The notes under the pieces: generated by a model
Database searches by the model: none
What the model saw: only the letters and a program-made list of their open reading frames with translations
Told to the model about the DNA's origin: nothing
Source of the DNA: Eledone cirrhosa
Taxonomy: Eukaryota
DNA length: 64,000 bases
Assembly (NCBI GenBank): GCA_964016885.1
Contig: OZ024748.1
Location: 36,890,001 to 36,954,000, forward strand
Reading direction: 5' to 3'
Shown here: positions 1 through 15,110 of the stretch, one piece after another
How positions within the stretch are numbered: the first letter of the stretch is position 1
How the letters are laid out: each line of letters opens with the position of its first letter
Made by a program: the position numbers and the translations under genes

Positions 1-769
1 AACACAGATGAACCAAACTCCCACTGTCACTGCCTATGTCTCTCCCACTCTCTCATATTACAACAAATCCCAACACAGAGGAACCAAACTCCCACTGTCA
101 CTGCCTCTGTCTCTCCCACTCTATCATATTAGACCATGTCCTAACACAGAGGAACCAAACTCCCACTGTGACTGCCTCTGTCTCTCCCACTCTCTCACAT
201 TACACCAGTTCCCAACACAGAGGAACCAAACTCCCACTGTCACTGCCTCTGTCTCTCCCACGCTCTCATATTACACCAGGTCCTAACACAGAGGAACCAA
301 ACTCCCACTGTCACTGCCTCTGTCTCTCGCACTCTCTCATATTACACCAGGTCCTAACACAGAGGAACCAAACTACCACTGTCACTGCCTCTGTCTCTCC
401 CACTCTCTCATATTAAACCAGGTCCCAACACAGAGGACCCGAACTCCCATTGTCACTGCTTCTGTCTCTCCCACTCTCTCATACTACTCCAGGTCCTAAC
501 AGAGGAACCAAACTCCCACTGTAACTGCCTCTGTCTCTCCCACGCTCTCATATTACACCAGGTCCTAACACAGAGGAACCAAACTCCCACTGTCACTGCC
601 TCTGTCTCTCGCACTCTCTCATATTACACCAGGTCCTAACACAGAGGAACCAAACTACCACTGTCACTGCCTCTGTCTCTCCCACTCTCTCATATTACAC
701 CAGGTCCTAACACAGAGGAACCAAACTCCCACTGTCACTTCCTCTGTCTCTCCCACTCTCTCACATTAC

Positions 770-1410
770 ACCAGTTCCCAACACAGAGGAACCAAACTCC
801 CACTGTCACTGCCTCTCTCTCTCCCACTCTCTCATATTACACCAGGTCCTAACACAGAGGAACCAAACCCCCACTGTCACTGCCTCTCTCTCTCCCACTC
901 TCTGACATTACACCAGTTCCCAACACAGAGGAACCAAACTCCCACTGTCACTGCCTCTGTCTCTCCCACTCTCTCATATTACACCAGGTCCCAACACTGA
1001 GGAACCAAACTCCCACTGTCACTGCCTCTTTCTCTCCCACTCTCTCACGTTACACCAGTTCCCAACACAGAGGAACCAAACTCCCACTGTCACTGCCTCT
1101 CTCTCTACCACTCTCTCATATTACACCAGGTCCTAACACAGAGGAACCAAACCCCCACTGTCACTGCCTCTCTCTCTCCCACTCTCTGACATTACACCAG
1201 TTCCCAACACAGAGGAACCAAACTCCCACTGTCACTGCCTCTGTCTCTCCCACTCTCTCATATTACACCAGGTCCCAACACTGAGGAACCAAACTCCCAC
1301 TGTCACTGCCTCTTTCTCTCCCACTCTCTCACGTTACACCAGTTCCCAACACAGAGGAACCAAACTCCCACTGTCACTGCCTCTCTCTCTACCACTCTCT
1401 CATATTACAC
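770..1410. repeat. 4-monomer higher-order repeat (284 bp), ~2 copies; also present at ~12690-13330
   Basis: The marker CACTGAGG has its T at 998 and 1282 (offset 284 = 4x71), with co-occurring CTGACATT, CCTCTTTCT and CACGTTAC variants. Confidence 0.85.
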
Positions 1411-2340
1411 CAGGTCCTAACACAGAGGAACCAAACTCCCACTGTCACTGCCTCTCTCTCTACCACTCTCTCATATTACACCAGTTCCCAACACAGAGGA
1501 ACCAAACTCCCACTGTCACTGCCTCTCTCTCTACCACTCTCTCATATTACACCAGGTCCTAACACAGAGGAACCAAACTCCCACTGTCACTGCCTCTCTC
1601 TCTACCACTCTCTCATATTACACCAGGTCCTAACACAGAGGAACCAAACTCCCACTGTCACTGCTTTTGTCTCTCCCACTCTCTCATACTACACCAGGTC
1701 CTAACACAGAGGAACCAAACTCCCACTGTAACTGCCTCTGACTCTCCCACGCTCTCATATTACACCAGGTCCTAACACAGAGGAACCAAACTCCCACTGT
1801 AACTGCCTCTGTCTCTCCCACTCTCTCATATTACACCAGGTCCCAACACAGAGGAACCAAACTCCCACTGTCACTGCCTCTGTCTCTCCCACTTTCTCAT
1901 ATTAGACCAGGTCCTAACACAGAGGAACCAAACTCCCACTGTGACTGCCTCTGACTCTCCCACTCTCTCACATTACACCAGTTCCCAACACAGAGGAACC
2001 AAACTCCCACTGTCACTGCCTCTGTCTCTCCCACTCTCTCATATTACACCAGGTCCCAACACAGAGGGACCAAACTCCCACTGTCACTGCCTCTCTCTCT
2101 CCCACTCTCTCATATTACACCAGGTCCCAACACAGAGGAACCAAACTCCCACTGTAACTGCCTCTTTCTCTCCCACGCTCTCATATTACACCAGGTCCTA
2201 ACACAGAGGAACCAAACTCCCACTGTCACTGCCTCTGTCTCTCCCACTCTCTCATATTACACCAGGTCCCAACACAGAGGAACCAAACTCCCACTGTCAC
2301 TGCCTCTGTCTCTCCCACTCTCTCATATTACACCAGGTCC

Positions 2341-3190
2341 CAACACAGAGGAACCAAACTCCCATGGTCACTGCCTCTGTCTCTCCCACTCTCTCATATT
2401 ACACCAGGTCCCAACACAGAGGAACCAAACTCCCACTGTTACTGCCTCTGTCACTCCCACTCTCACATATTACACCAGGTTCCAACACAGAGGGACAAAA
2501 CTCCCACTGTCACTGCCTCTGTCTCTCCCACTCTCTCATATTACACCAGGTCCCAACACAGAGGAACCAAACTCCCACGGTCACTGCCTCTGTCTCTCCC
2601 ACTCTCTCATATTACACCAGGTCCCAACACAGAGGAACCAAACTCCCACTGTTACTGCCTCTGTCACTCCCACTCTCACATATTACACCAGGTTCCAACA
2701 CAGAGGGACAAAACTCCCACTGTCACTGCCTCTGTCTCTCCCACTCTCTCATATTACACCAGGTCCCAACACAGAGGAACCAAACTCCCACGGTCACTGC
2801 CTCTGTCTCTCCCACTCTCTCATATTACACCAGGTCCCAACACAGAGGAACCAAACTCCCACTGTTACTGCCTCTGTCACTCCCACTCTCACATATTACA
2901 CCAGGTTCCAACACAGAGGGACAAAACTCCCACTGTCACTGCCTCTGTCTCTCCCACTCTCTCATATTACACCAGGTCCCAACACAGAGGAACCAAACTC
3001 CCACGGTCACTGCCTCTGTCTCTCCCACTCTCTCATATTACACCAGGTCCCAACACAGAGGAACCAAACTCCCACTGTTACTGCCTCTGTCACTCCCACT
3101 CTCACATATTACACCAGGTTCCAACACAGAGGGACAAGACTCCCACTGTCACTGCCTCTGTCTCTCCCACTCTCTCATATTAAACCAGGT
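2341..3190. repeat. 3-monomer higher-order repeat (213 bp) x4
   Basis: Ordered markers GGTCACT / TGTTACT..GTCACTCCC..CTCACATAT..GGTTCC / GGGACAAAAC repeat four times. ORF 2364..3254 shows the matching 71-aa repeat. Confidence 0.92.
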
Positions 3191-6100
3191 CCCAACACAG
3201 AGGAACCGAACTCCCACTGTCACTGCCTCTGTCTCTCCCACTCTCTCATATTAAACCAGGTCCCAACACAGAGGAACCGAACTCCCACTGTCATTGCCTC
3301 TGTCTCTCCCACTCTCTCATATTACACCAGGTCCTAACACAGAGGAACCAAACTCCCACTGTGACTGCCTCTGTCTCTCCCACTCTCTCATATTAAACCA
3401 GGTCCCAACACAGAGGAACCGAACTCCCACTGTCACTGCCTCTGTCTCTCCCACTCTCTCATATTACACCAGGTCCTAACACAGAGGAACCAAACTCCCA
3501 CTGTGACTGCCTCTGTCTCTCCCACTCTCTCACATTACACCAGTTCCCAACACAGAGGAACCAAACTCCCACTGTCATTGCCTCTGTCTCTCCCACTCTC
3601 TCACATTACACCAGTTCCCAACACAGAGGAACCGAACTCCCACTGTCATTGCCTCTGTCTCTCCCACTCTCTCATATTACACCAGGTCCTAACACAGAGG
3701 AACCAAACTCCCACTGTCACTGACTCTGTCTCTCCCACTCTCTCACATTACACCAGTTCCCAACACAGAGGAACCAAACTCCCACTGTCACTGCCTCTCT
3801 CTCTACCACTCTCTCATATTACACCAGGTCCTAACACAGACGAACCAAACCCCCACTGTCACTGCCTCTCTCTCTCCCACTCTCTCACATTACACCAGTT
3901 CCCAACACAGAGGAACCAAACTCCCACTGTCACTGCCTCTGTCACTCCCACTCTCTCATATTACACCAGGTCCCAACACAGAGGGACCAAACTCCCACTG
4001 TCACTGCCTCTCTCTCTCCCACTCTCTCATATTAAACCAGGTCCCAACACAGAGGACCCGAACTCCCATTGTCACTGCTTCTGTCTCTCCCACTCTCTCA
4101 TACTACTCCAGGTCCTAACAGAGGAACCAAACTCCCACTGTAACTGCCTCTGTCTCTCCCACGCTCTCATATTACACCAGGTCCTAACACAGAGGAACCA
4201 AACTCCCACTGTCACTGCCTCTGTCTCTCGCACTCTCTCATATTACACCAGGTCCTAACACAGAGGAACCAAACTACCACTGTCACTGCCTCTGTCTCTC
4301 CCACTCTCTCATATTACACCAGGTCCTAACACAGAGGAACCAAACTCCCACTGTCACTTCCTCTGTCTCTCCCACTCTCTCACATTACACCAGTTCCCAA
4401 CACAGAGGAACCAAACTCCCACTGTCACTGCCTCTCTCTCTCCCACTCTCTCATATTACACCAGGTCCTAACACAGAGGAACCAAACCCCCACTGTCACT
4501 GCCTCTCTCTCTCCCACTCTCTGACATTACACCAGTTCCCAACACAGAGGAACCAAACTCCCACTGTCACTGCCTCTGTCTCTCCCACTCTCTCATATTA
4601 CACCAGGTCCCAACACTGAGGAACCAAACTCCCACTGTCACTGCCTCTTTCTCTCCCACTCTCTGACATTACACCAGTTCCCAACACAGAGGAACCAAAC
4701 TCCCACTGTCACTGCCTCTGTCTCTCCCACTCTCTCATATTACACCAGGTCCCAACACTGAGGAACCAAACTCCCACTGTCACTGCCTCTGTCTCTCCCA
4801 CTCTCTCATATTACACCAGGTCCCAACACAGAGGGGCCAAACTCCCACTGTCACTGCCTCTCTCTCTCCCACTCTCTCATATTACACCAGGTCCCAACAC
4901 AGAGGAACCAAACCCCCACTGTCACTACCTCTCTCTCTCCCACACTCTCATATTACACCAGGTCCTAACACAGAGGAACCAAACACCCACTGTCACTGCC
5001 TCTCTCTCTCCCACTCTCTCATATTACACCAGGTCCTAACACAGAGGAACCGAACTCCCACTGTCACTGCCTCCGTCTCTCACACTCTCTCATACTAAAC
5101 CAGGTCCAACACAGAGGAACCAAACTCCCACTGTCACTGCCTCTGTCTCTCCCACTCTCTCATATTACACCAGGTCCTAACACAGAGGAACCAAACTACC
5201 ACTGTCACTGCCTCTGTCTCTCCCACTCTCTCATATTACACCAGGTCCTAACACAGAGGAACCAAACTCCCACTGTCACTGCCTCTGTCTCTCCCACTCT
5301 CTCATATTACACCAGGTCCCAACACAGAGGAACCAAACTCCCACTGTCACTGCCTCTGTCTCTCCCACTCTCTCATATTACACCAGGTCCCAACACAGAG
5401 GAACCAAACTCCCACTGTCACTGCCTCTGTCTCTCCCACTCTCTCATATTACACCAGGTCCCAACACAGAGGAACCAAACTCCCACTGTCACTGCCTCTG
5501 TCTCTCCCACTCTCTCACATTACACCAGTTCCCAACACAGAGGAACCAAACTCCCACTGTCACTGCCTCTGTCTCTCCCACTCTCTCATATTACACCAGG
5601 TCCCAACACAGAGGTACCAAACCCCCACTGTCACTGCCTCTGTCTCTCCCACTCTCTCATATTACAACAAATCCCAACACAGAGGAACCAAACTCCCACT
5701 GTCACTGCCTCTGTCTCTCCCACTCTCTCATATTAGACTAGGTCCTAACACAGAGGAACCAAACACCCACTGTGACTGCCTCTGTCTCTCCCACTCTCTC
5801 ACATTACACCAATTACCAACACAGAGGAACCAAACTCCCACTGTCACTGTCTCTGTCTCTCCCACACTCTCATATTACACCAGGTCCCAACACAGAGGAA
5901 CCAAACTCCCACTGTCACTGCCTCTGTCTCTCCCACTCTCTCATATTACACCAGGTCCCAACACAGAGGAACCAAACTCCCACTGTCACTGCCTCTGTCT
6001 CTCCCACTCTCTCATATTACACCAGGTCCCAACACAGAGGAACCAAACTCCCACTGTCACTGCCTCTGTCTCTCCCACTCTCTCATATTAGACCAGGTCC

Positions 6101-8729
6101 TAACACAGAGGAACCAAACTCCCACTGTCACTGCCTCTGTCTCTCCCACTCTCTCACATTACACCAGTTCCCAACACAGAGGAACCAAACTCCCACTGTC
6201 ACTGCCTCTGTCTCTCCAACTCTCTCATATTACACCAGGTCCCAACACAGAGGAACCAAACTCCCACTGTCACTGCCTCTGTCTCTCACACTCTCTCATA
6301 TTACACCAGGTCCCAACAAAGAGGGACCAAACTCCCACTGTCACTGCTTCTCTCTCTCCCACTCTCTCATATTACACCAGGTCCCAACACAGAGGAACCA
6401 AAATCCCACTGTCACTGCCTCTGTCTCTCCCACTCTCTCATATTAGACCAGGTCATAACACAGAGGAACCAAACTCCCACTGTCACTGCCTCTGTCTCTC
6501 CCACTCTCTCATATTACACCAGGTCCCAACACAGAGGAACCAAACTCCCACTGTCACTGCCTCTGTCTCTCCCACTCTCTCATATTAGACCAGGTCCTAA
6601 CACAGAGGAACCAAACTCACACTGTCACTGCCTCTGTCTCTCCCACCCTCTCACATTACACCAGTTCCCAACACAGAGGAACCAAACTCCCACTGTCACT
6701 GCCTCTGTCTCTCCCACTCTCTCATATTACACCAGGTCCCAACACAGAGGAACCAAACTCCCACTGTCACTGCCTCTGTCTCTCCCACACTCTCATATTA
6801 CACCAGGTCCTAACACAGAGGAACCAAACTCCCACTGTCACTGCCTCTGTCTCTCCCACTCTCTCATATTACACCAGGTCCCAACACAGAGGGACCAAAC
6901 TCCCACTGTCACTGCCTCTCTCTCTCCCACTCTCTCATATTACACCAGGTCCCAACACAGAGGAACCAAACTCCAACTGTTACTGACTCTGTCTGTCCCA
7001 CTCTCTCACATTACCCCAGTTCCCAACACAGAGGAACCAAACTCCCACTGTCACTGCCTCTGTCTCTCCCACTCTCTCATATTACACCAGGTCTGAACAC
7101 AGAGGTACGAGACCCCCACTGTCACTGCCTCTGTCTCTCCCACTCACTCATTTTACACCAGGTCCTAACACAGAGGAACCAAACTCCCACTGTCACTGCC
7201 TCTGTCTCTCCCACTCTCTCATATTACACCAGTTCCCAACACAGAGGAACCAAACTCCCACTGTCACTGCCTCTGTCTCTCCCACTCTGTCATATTACAC
7301 CAGGTCCCAACACAGAGGAACCAAACTCCCACTGTCACTGCCTCTGTCTCTCCCACTCTCTCATATTACACCAGGTCCCAACACAGAGGGGCCAAACTCC
7401 CACTGTCACTGCCTCTCTCTCTCCCACTCTCTCATATTACACCAGGTCCCAACACAGAGGAACCAAACCCCCACTGTCACTACCTCTCTCTCTCCCACTC
7501 TCTCATATTACACCAGGTCCTAACACAGAGGAACCAAACACCCACTGTCACTGCCTCTCTCTCTCCCACTCTTTCATATTACACCAGGTCCTAACACAGA
7601 GGAACCAAACTCCCACTGTCACTGCCTCCGTCTCTCACACTCTCTCATACTAAACCAGGTCCAACACAGAGGAACCAAACTCCCACTGTCACTGCCTCTG
7701 TCTCTCCCACTCTCTCATATACACCAGGTCTGAACACAGAGGTACGAGACCCCCACTGTCACTGCCTGTGTCTCTCCCACTCTCTCATATTACACCAGGT
7801 CCTAACACAGAGGAATCAAACTCCCACTGTCACTGCCTCTGTCTCTCCCACTCTCTCATATTACACCAGGTCCCAACATAGAGGAACCAAACTCCCACTG
7901 TCACTGCCTCTGTCTCTCCCACTCTCTCATATTACACCAGGTCCCAACACAGAGGAACCAAACTCCCACTGTCACTGCCTCTGTCTCTCCCACTCTCTCA
8001 TATTACACCAGGTCCCAACACAGAGGAACCAAACTCCCACTGTCACTGCCTCTGTCTCTCCCACTCTCTCATATTAGACCAGGTCCTAACACAGAGGAAC
8101 CAAACTCCCACTGTCACTGCCTCTGTCTCTCCCACTCTCTCACATTACACCAGTTCCCAACACAGAGGAACCAAACTCCCACTGTCACTGCCTCTGTCTC
8201 TCCCACTCTCTCATATTACACCAGGTCACAACACAGAGGTACCAAACTCCCACTGTCACTGCCTCTGTCTCTCCCACTCTCTCATATTACAACAAATCCC
8301 AACACAGAGGAACCAAACTCCCACTGTCACTGCCTCTGTCTCTCCCACTCTCTCATATTAGACTAGGTCCTAACACAGAGGAACCAAACTCCCACTGTGA
8401 CTGCCTCTGTCTCTCCCACACTCTCATATTACACCAGGTCCTAACACAGAGGAACCAAACTCCCACTGTCACTGCCTCTGTCTCTCCCTCTCTCTCATAT
8501 TACACCAGGTCCTAACACAGAGGAACCAAACTCCCACTGTGACTGCCTCTGTCTCTCCCACTCTCTCACATTACACCAGTTCCCAACACAGAGGAACCAA
8601 ACTCCCACTGTCACTGCCTCTCTCTCTACCACTCTCTCATATTACACCAGGTCCTAACACAGACGAACCAAACCCCCACTGTCACTGCCTCTCTCTCTCC
8701 CACTCTCTCACATTACACCAGTTCCCAAC

Positions 8730-10680
8730 ACAGAGGAACCAAACTCCCACTGTCACTGCCTCTGTCTCTCCCACTCTCTCATATTACACCAGGTCCCAAC
8801 ACAGAGGAACCAAACTCCCACTGTCACTGCCTCTGTCTTTCCCACTCTCTCATATTACACCAGGTCCCAACACAGAGGAACCAAACTCCCACTGTCACTG
8901 CCTCTGTCTCTCCCACTCTCTCATATTACACCAGGTCCCAACACAGAGTAATCAAACTCCCACTGTCACTGCCTCTGTCTCTCCCACTCTCTCATATTAG
9001 ACCAGGTCCTAACACAGAGGAACCAAACTCCCACTGTCACTGCCTCTGTCTCTCCCACTCTCTCATATTACACCAGGTCGCAACACAGAGGTACCAAACT
9101 CCCACTGTCACTGCCTCTGTCTCTCCCACTCTCTCATATTACAACAAATCCCAACACAGAGGAACCAAACTCCCACTGTCACTGCCTCTGTCTCTCCCAC
9201 TCTCTCATATTAGACTAGGTCCTAACACAGAGGAACCAAACTCCCACTGTGACTGCCTCTGTCTCTCCCACTCTCTCACATTACACCAGTTCCCAACACA
9301 GAGGAAGCAAACTCCCACTGTCACTGCCTCTGTCTCTCCCACACTCTCATATTACACCAGGTCCTAACACAGAGGAACCAAACTCCCACTGTCACTACCT
9401 CTGTCTCTCCCACTCTCTTATATTACACCAGGTCCTAACACAGAGGAACCAAACTCCCACTGTGACTGCCTCTGTCTCTCCCACTCTCTCACATTACACC
9501 AGTTCCCAACACAGAGGAAGCAAACTCCCACTGTCACTGCCTCTGTCTCTCCCACTCTCTCATATTACACCAGGTCCTAACACAGAGGAACCAAACTCCC
9601 ACTGTCACTGCCTCTGTCTCTCCCACTCTCTTATATTACACCAGGTCCTAACACAGAGGAACCAAACTCCCACTGTCACTGCCTCTGTCTCTCCCACTCT
9701 CTCATATTACACCAGGTCCCAACACAGAGGAACCAAACTCCCACTGTCACTGCCTCTGTCTTTCCCACTCTCTCATATTACACCAGGTCCCAACACAGAG
9801 GAACCAAACTCCCACTGTCACTGCCTCTGTCTCTCCCACTCTCTCATATTACACCAGGTCCCAACACAGAGTAATCAAACTCCCACTGTCACTGCCTCTG
9901 TCTCTCCCACTCTCTCATATTAGACCAGGTCCTAACACAGAGGAACCAAACTCCCACTGTCACTGCCTCTGTCTCTCCCACTCTCTCATATTACACCAGG
10001 TCGCAACACAGAGGTACCAAACTCCCACTGTCACTGCCTCTGTCTCTCCCACTCTCTCATATTACAACAAATCCCAACACAGAGGAACCAAACTCCCACT
10101 GTCACTGCCTCTGTCTCTCCCACTCTCTCATATTAGACTAGGTCCTAACACAGAGGAACCAAACTCCCACTGTGACTGCCTCTGTCTCTCCCACTCTCTC
10201 ACATTACACCAGTTCCCAACACAGAGGAAGCAAACTCCCACTGTCACTGCCTCTGTCTCTCCCACACTCTCATATTACACCAGGTCCTAACACAGAGGAA
10301 CCAAACTCCCACTGTCACTACCTCTGTCTCTCCCACTCTCTTATATTACACCAGGTCCTAACACAGAGGAACCAAACTCCCACTGTGACTGCCTCTGTCT
10401 CTCCCACTCTCTCACATTACACCAGTTCCCAACACAGAGGAAGCAAACTCCCACTGTCACTGCCTCTGTCTCTCCCACTCTCTCATATTACACCAGGTCC
10501 TAACACAGAGGAACCAAACTCCCACTGTCACTGCCTCTGTCTCTCCCACTCTCTTATATTACACCAGGTCCTAACACAGAGGAACCAAACTCCCACTGTC
10601 ACTGCCTCTGTCTCTCCCACTCTCTCATATTACACCAGGTCCCAACACAGAGGAACCAAACTCCCACTGTCACTGCCTCT
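8730..10680. repeat. 13-monomer tandem duplication (923 bp x2) with a nested 3-monomer repeat
   Basis: ORFs 9249 and 10172 are offset by 923 = 13x71. Markers GTAATC, GTCGCAAC and GGAAGC are duplicated, and GGAAGC also recurs at 213 bp (9307/9520). Confidence 0.9.
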
Positions 10681-13600
10681 GTCTCTCCCACACTCTCATA
10701 TTACACCAGGTCCCAACACAGAGGAACCAAACTCCCACTGTCACTGCCTCTCTCTCTCCCACTCTCTCATATTACACCAGGTCCCAACACAGAGGAACCA
10801 AACTCCCACTGTCACTGCCTCTGTCTCTCCCACTCTCTCATATTAGACCAGGTCCTAACACAGAGGAACCAAACTCCCACTGTGACTGCCTCTGTCTCTC
10901 CCACTCTCTCACATTACACCAGTTCCCAACACAGAGGAACCAAACTCCCACTGTCACTGCCTCTGTCTCTCCCACTCTCTCATATTACACCAGGTCCCAA
11001 CACAGAGGAACCAAACTCCCACTGTCACTGCCTCTGTCTCTCCCACTCTCTCATATTACACCAGGTCCCAACACAGAGGAACCAAACTCCCACTGTCACT
11101 GCCTCTGTCTCTCCCACTCTCTCACATTACACTAGTTCCCAACACAGAGGAACCAAACTCCCACTGTCACTGTCTCTGTCTCTCCCACTCTCTCATATTA
11201 CACCAGGTCCAAACACAGAGGAACCAAACTCCCACTGTCACTGCCTCTGTCTCTCCCACACTCTCATATTACACCAGGTCCTAACACAGAGGAACCAAAC
11301 TCCCACTGTCACTGCCTCTGTCTCTCCCACTCTCTCATATTACACCAGGTCCCAACACAGAGGGACCAAACTCCCACTGTCACTGCCTCTCTCTCTCCCA
11401 CTCTCTCATATTACACCAGGTCCCAACACAGAGGAACCAAACTCCAACTGTCACTGTCTCTGTCTCTCCCACTCTCTCACATTACACCAGTTCCCAACAC
11501 AGAGGAACCAAACTCCCACTGTCACTGCCTCTGTCTCTCCCACTCTCTCATGTTACACCAGGTCCCAACACAGAAGAACCAAACTCCCACTGTCACTGCC
11601 TCTGTCACTCCCACTCTCTCATATTACACCAGGTCCCAACACAGAGGGACCAAACTCCCACTGTCACTGCCTCTCTCTCTCCCACTCTCTCATATTAAAC
11701 CAGGTCCCAACACAGAGGTCCCAAACTCCCACTGTCATTGCCTCTGTCTCTCCCACTCTCCCATATTACACCAGGTTCTAACACAGAGGAACCAAACTCC
11801 CACTGTAACTGCCTCTGTCTCTCCCACTCTCTCATATTACACCAGTTCCCAACACAGAGGAACCAAACTACCACTGTCACTGCCTCTGTCTCTCCCACAC
11901 TCATATTACACCAGGTCCTAACACAGATGAACCAAACTCCCACTGTCACTGCCTATGTCTCTCCCACTCTCTCATATTACAACAAATCCCAACACAGAGG
12001 AACCAAACTCCCACTGTCACTGCCTCTGTCTCTCCCACTCTATCATATTAGACCATGTCCTAACACAGAGGAACCAAACTCCCACTGTGACTGCCTCTGT
12101 CTCTCCCACTCTCTCACATTACACCAGTTCCCAACACAGAGGAACCAAACTCCCACTGTCACTGCCTCTGTCTCTCCCACGCTCTCATATTACACCAGGT
12201 CCTAACACAGAGGAACCAAACTCCCACTGTCACTGCCTCTGTCTCTCGCACTCTCTCATATTACACCAGGTCCTAACACAGAGGAACCAAACTACCACTG
12301 TCACTGCCTCTGTCTCTCCCACTCTCTCATATTAAACCAGGTCCCAACACAGAGGAACCGAACTCCCATTGTCACTGCTTCTGTCTCTCCCACTCTCTCA
12401 TACTACTCCAGGTCCTAACAGAGGAACCAAACTCCCACTGTAACTGCCTCTGTCTCTCCCACGCTCTCATATTACACCAGGTCCTAACACAGAGGAACCA
12501 AACTCCCACTGTCACTGCCTCTGTCTCTCGCACTCTCTCATATTACACCAGGTCCTAACACAGAGGAACCAAACTACCACTGTCACTGCCTCTGTCTCTC
12601 CCACTCTCTCATATTACACCAGGTCCTAACACAGAGGAACCAAACTCCCACTGTCACTTCCTCTGTCTCTCCCACTCTCTCACATTACACCAGTTCCCAA
12701 CACAGAGGAACCAAACTCCCACTGTCACTGCCTCTCTCTCTCCCACTCTCTCATATTACACCAGGTCCTAACACAGAGGAACCAAACCCCCACTGTCACT
12801 GCCTCTCTCTCTCCCACTCTCTGACATTACACCAGTTCCCAACACAGAGGAACCAAACTCCCACTGTCACTGCCTCTGTCTCTCCCACTCTCTCATATTA
12901 CACCAGGTCCCAACACTGAGGAACCAAACTCCCACTGTCACTGCCTCTTTCTCTCCCACTCTCTCACGTTACACCAGTTCCCAACACAGAGGAACCAAAC
13001 TCCCACTGTCACTGCCTCTCTCTCTACCACTCTCTCATATTACACCAGGTCCTAACACAGAGGAACCAAACCCCCACTGTCACTGCCTCTCTCTCTCCCA
13101 CTCTCTGACATTACACCAGTTCCCAACACAGAGGAACCAAACTCCCACTGTCACTGCCTCTGTCTCTCCCACTCTCTCATATTACACCAGGTCCCAACAC
13201 TGAGGAACCAAACTCCCACTGTCACTGCCTCTTTCTCTCCCACTCTCTCACGTTACACCAGTTCCCAACACAGAGGAACCAAACTCCCACTGTCACTGCC
13301 TCTCTCTCTACCACTCTCTCATATTACACCAGGTCCTAACACAGAGGAACCAAACTCCCACTGTCACTGCCTCTCTCTCTACCACTCTCTCATATTACAC
13401 CAGTTCCCAACACAGAGGAACCAAACTCCCACTGTCACTGCCTCTCTCTCTACCACTCTCTCATATTACACCAGGTCCTAACACAGAGGAACCAAACTCC
13501 CACTGTCACTGCCTCTCTCTCTACCACTCTCTCATATTACACCAGGTCCTAACACAGAGGAACCAAACTCCCACTGTCACTGCTTTTGTCTCTCCCACTC

Positions 13601-14259
13601 TCTCATACTACACCAGGTCCTAACACAGAGGAACCAAACTCCCACTGTAACTGCCTCTGACTCTCCCACGCTCTCATATTACACCAGGTCCTAACACAGA
13701 GGAACCAAACTCCCACTGTAACTGCCTCTGTCTCTCCCACTCTCTCATATTACACCAGGTCCCAACACAGAGGAACCAAACTCCCACTGTCACTGCCTCT
13801 GTCTCTCCCACTTTCTCATATTAGACCAGGTCCTAACACAGAGGAACCAAACTCCCACTGTGACTGCCTCTGACTCTCCCACTCTCTCACATTACACCAG
13901 TTCCCAACACAGAGGAACCAAACTCCCACTGTCACTGCCTCTGTCTCTCCCACTCTCTCATATTACACCAGGTCCCAACACAGAGGGACCAAACTCCCAC
14001 TGTCACTGCCTCTCTCTCTCCCACTCTCTCATATTACACCAGGTCCCAACACAGAGGAACCAAACTCCCACCGTAACTGCCTCTTTCTCTCCCACGCTCT
14101 CATATTACACCAGGTCCTAACACAGAGGAACCAAACTCCCACTGTCACTGCCTCTGTCTCTCCCACTCTCTCATATTACACCAGGTCCCAACACAGAGGA
14201 ACCAAACTCCCACTGTCACTGCCTCTGTCTCTCCCACTCTCTCATATTACACCAGGTCC

Positions 14260-15110
14260 CAACACAGAGGAACCAAACTCCCATGGTCACTGCCTCTGTC
14301 TCTCCCACTCTCTCATATTACACCAGGTCCCAACACAGAGGAACCAAACTCCCACTGTTACTGCCTCTGTCACTCCCACTCTCACATATTACACCAGGTT
14401 CCAACACAGAGGGACAAAACTCCCACTGTCACTGCCTCTGTCTCTCCCACTCTCTCATATTACACCAGGTCCCAACACAGAGGAACCAAACTCCCACGGT
14501 CACTGCCTCTGTCTCTCCCACTCTCTCATATTACACCAGGTCCCAACACAGAGGAACCAAACTCCCACTGTTACTGGCTCTGTCACTCCCACTCTCACAT
14601 ATTACACCAGGTTCCAACACAGAGGGACAAAACTCCCACTGTCACTGCCTCTGTCTCTCCCACTCTCTCATATTACACCAGGTCCCAACACAGAGGAACC
14701 AAACTCCCACGGTCACTGCCTCTGTCTCTCCCACTCTCTCATATTACACCAGGTCCCAACACAGAGGAACCAAACTCCCACTGTTACTGCCTCTGTCACT
14801 CCCACTCTCACATATTACACCAGGTTCCAACACAGAGGGACAAAACTCCCACTGTCACTGCCTCTGTCTCTCCCACTCTCTCATATTACACCAGGTCCCA
14901 ACACAGAGGAACCAAACTCCCACGGTCACTGCCTCTGTCTCTCCCACTCTCTCATATTACACCAGGTCCCAACACAGAGGAACCAAACTCCCACTGTTAC
15001 TGCCTCTGTCACTCCCACTCTCACATATTACACCAGGTTCCAACACAGAGGGACAAGACTCCCACTGTCACTGCCTCTGTCTCTCCCACTCTCTCATATT
15101 AAACCAGGTC
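14260..15110. repeat. Second copy of the 3-monomer (213 bp) x4 higher-order repeat
   Basis: ORF 14283..15173 matches 2364..3254 except for one residue (CTGGCTC at ~14576). Offset is 11919. Confidence 0.92.

Larger units (their letters stand above)
1..4650. repeat. Block duplicated at ~11920-16430 (offset 11919, then 11777 after a 2-monomer indel)
   Basis: ORF start pairs 36/11955, 1941/13860, 2364/14283, 3294/15213 and 3503/15422 all differ by 11919. The markers ACAGACGA (3841/15618) and CACTGAG (4617/16394) differ by 11777. Confidence 0.9.
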
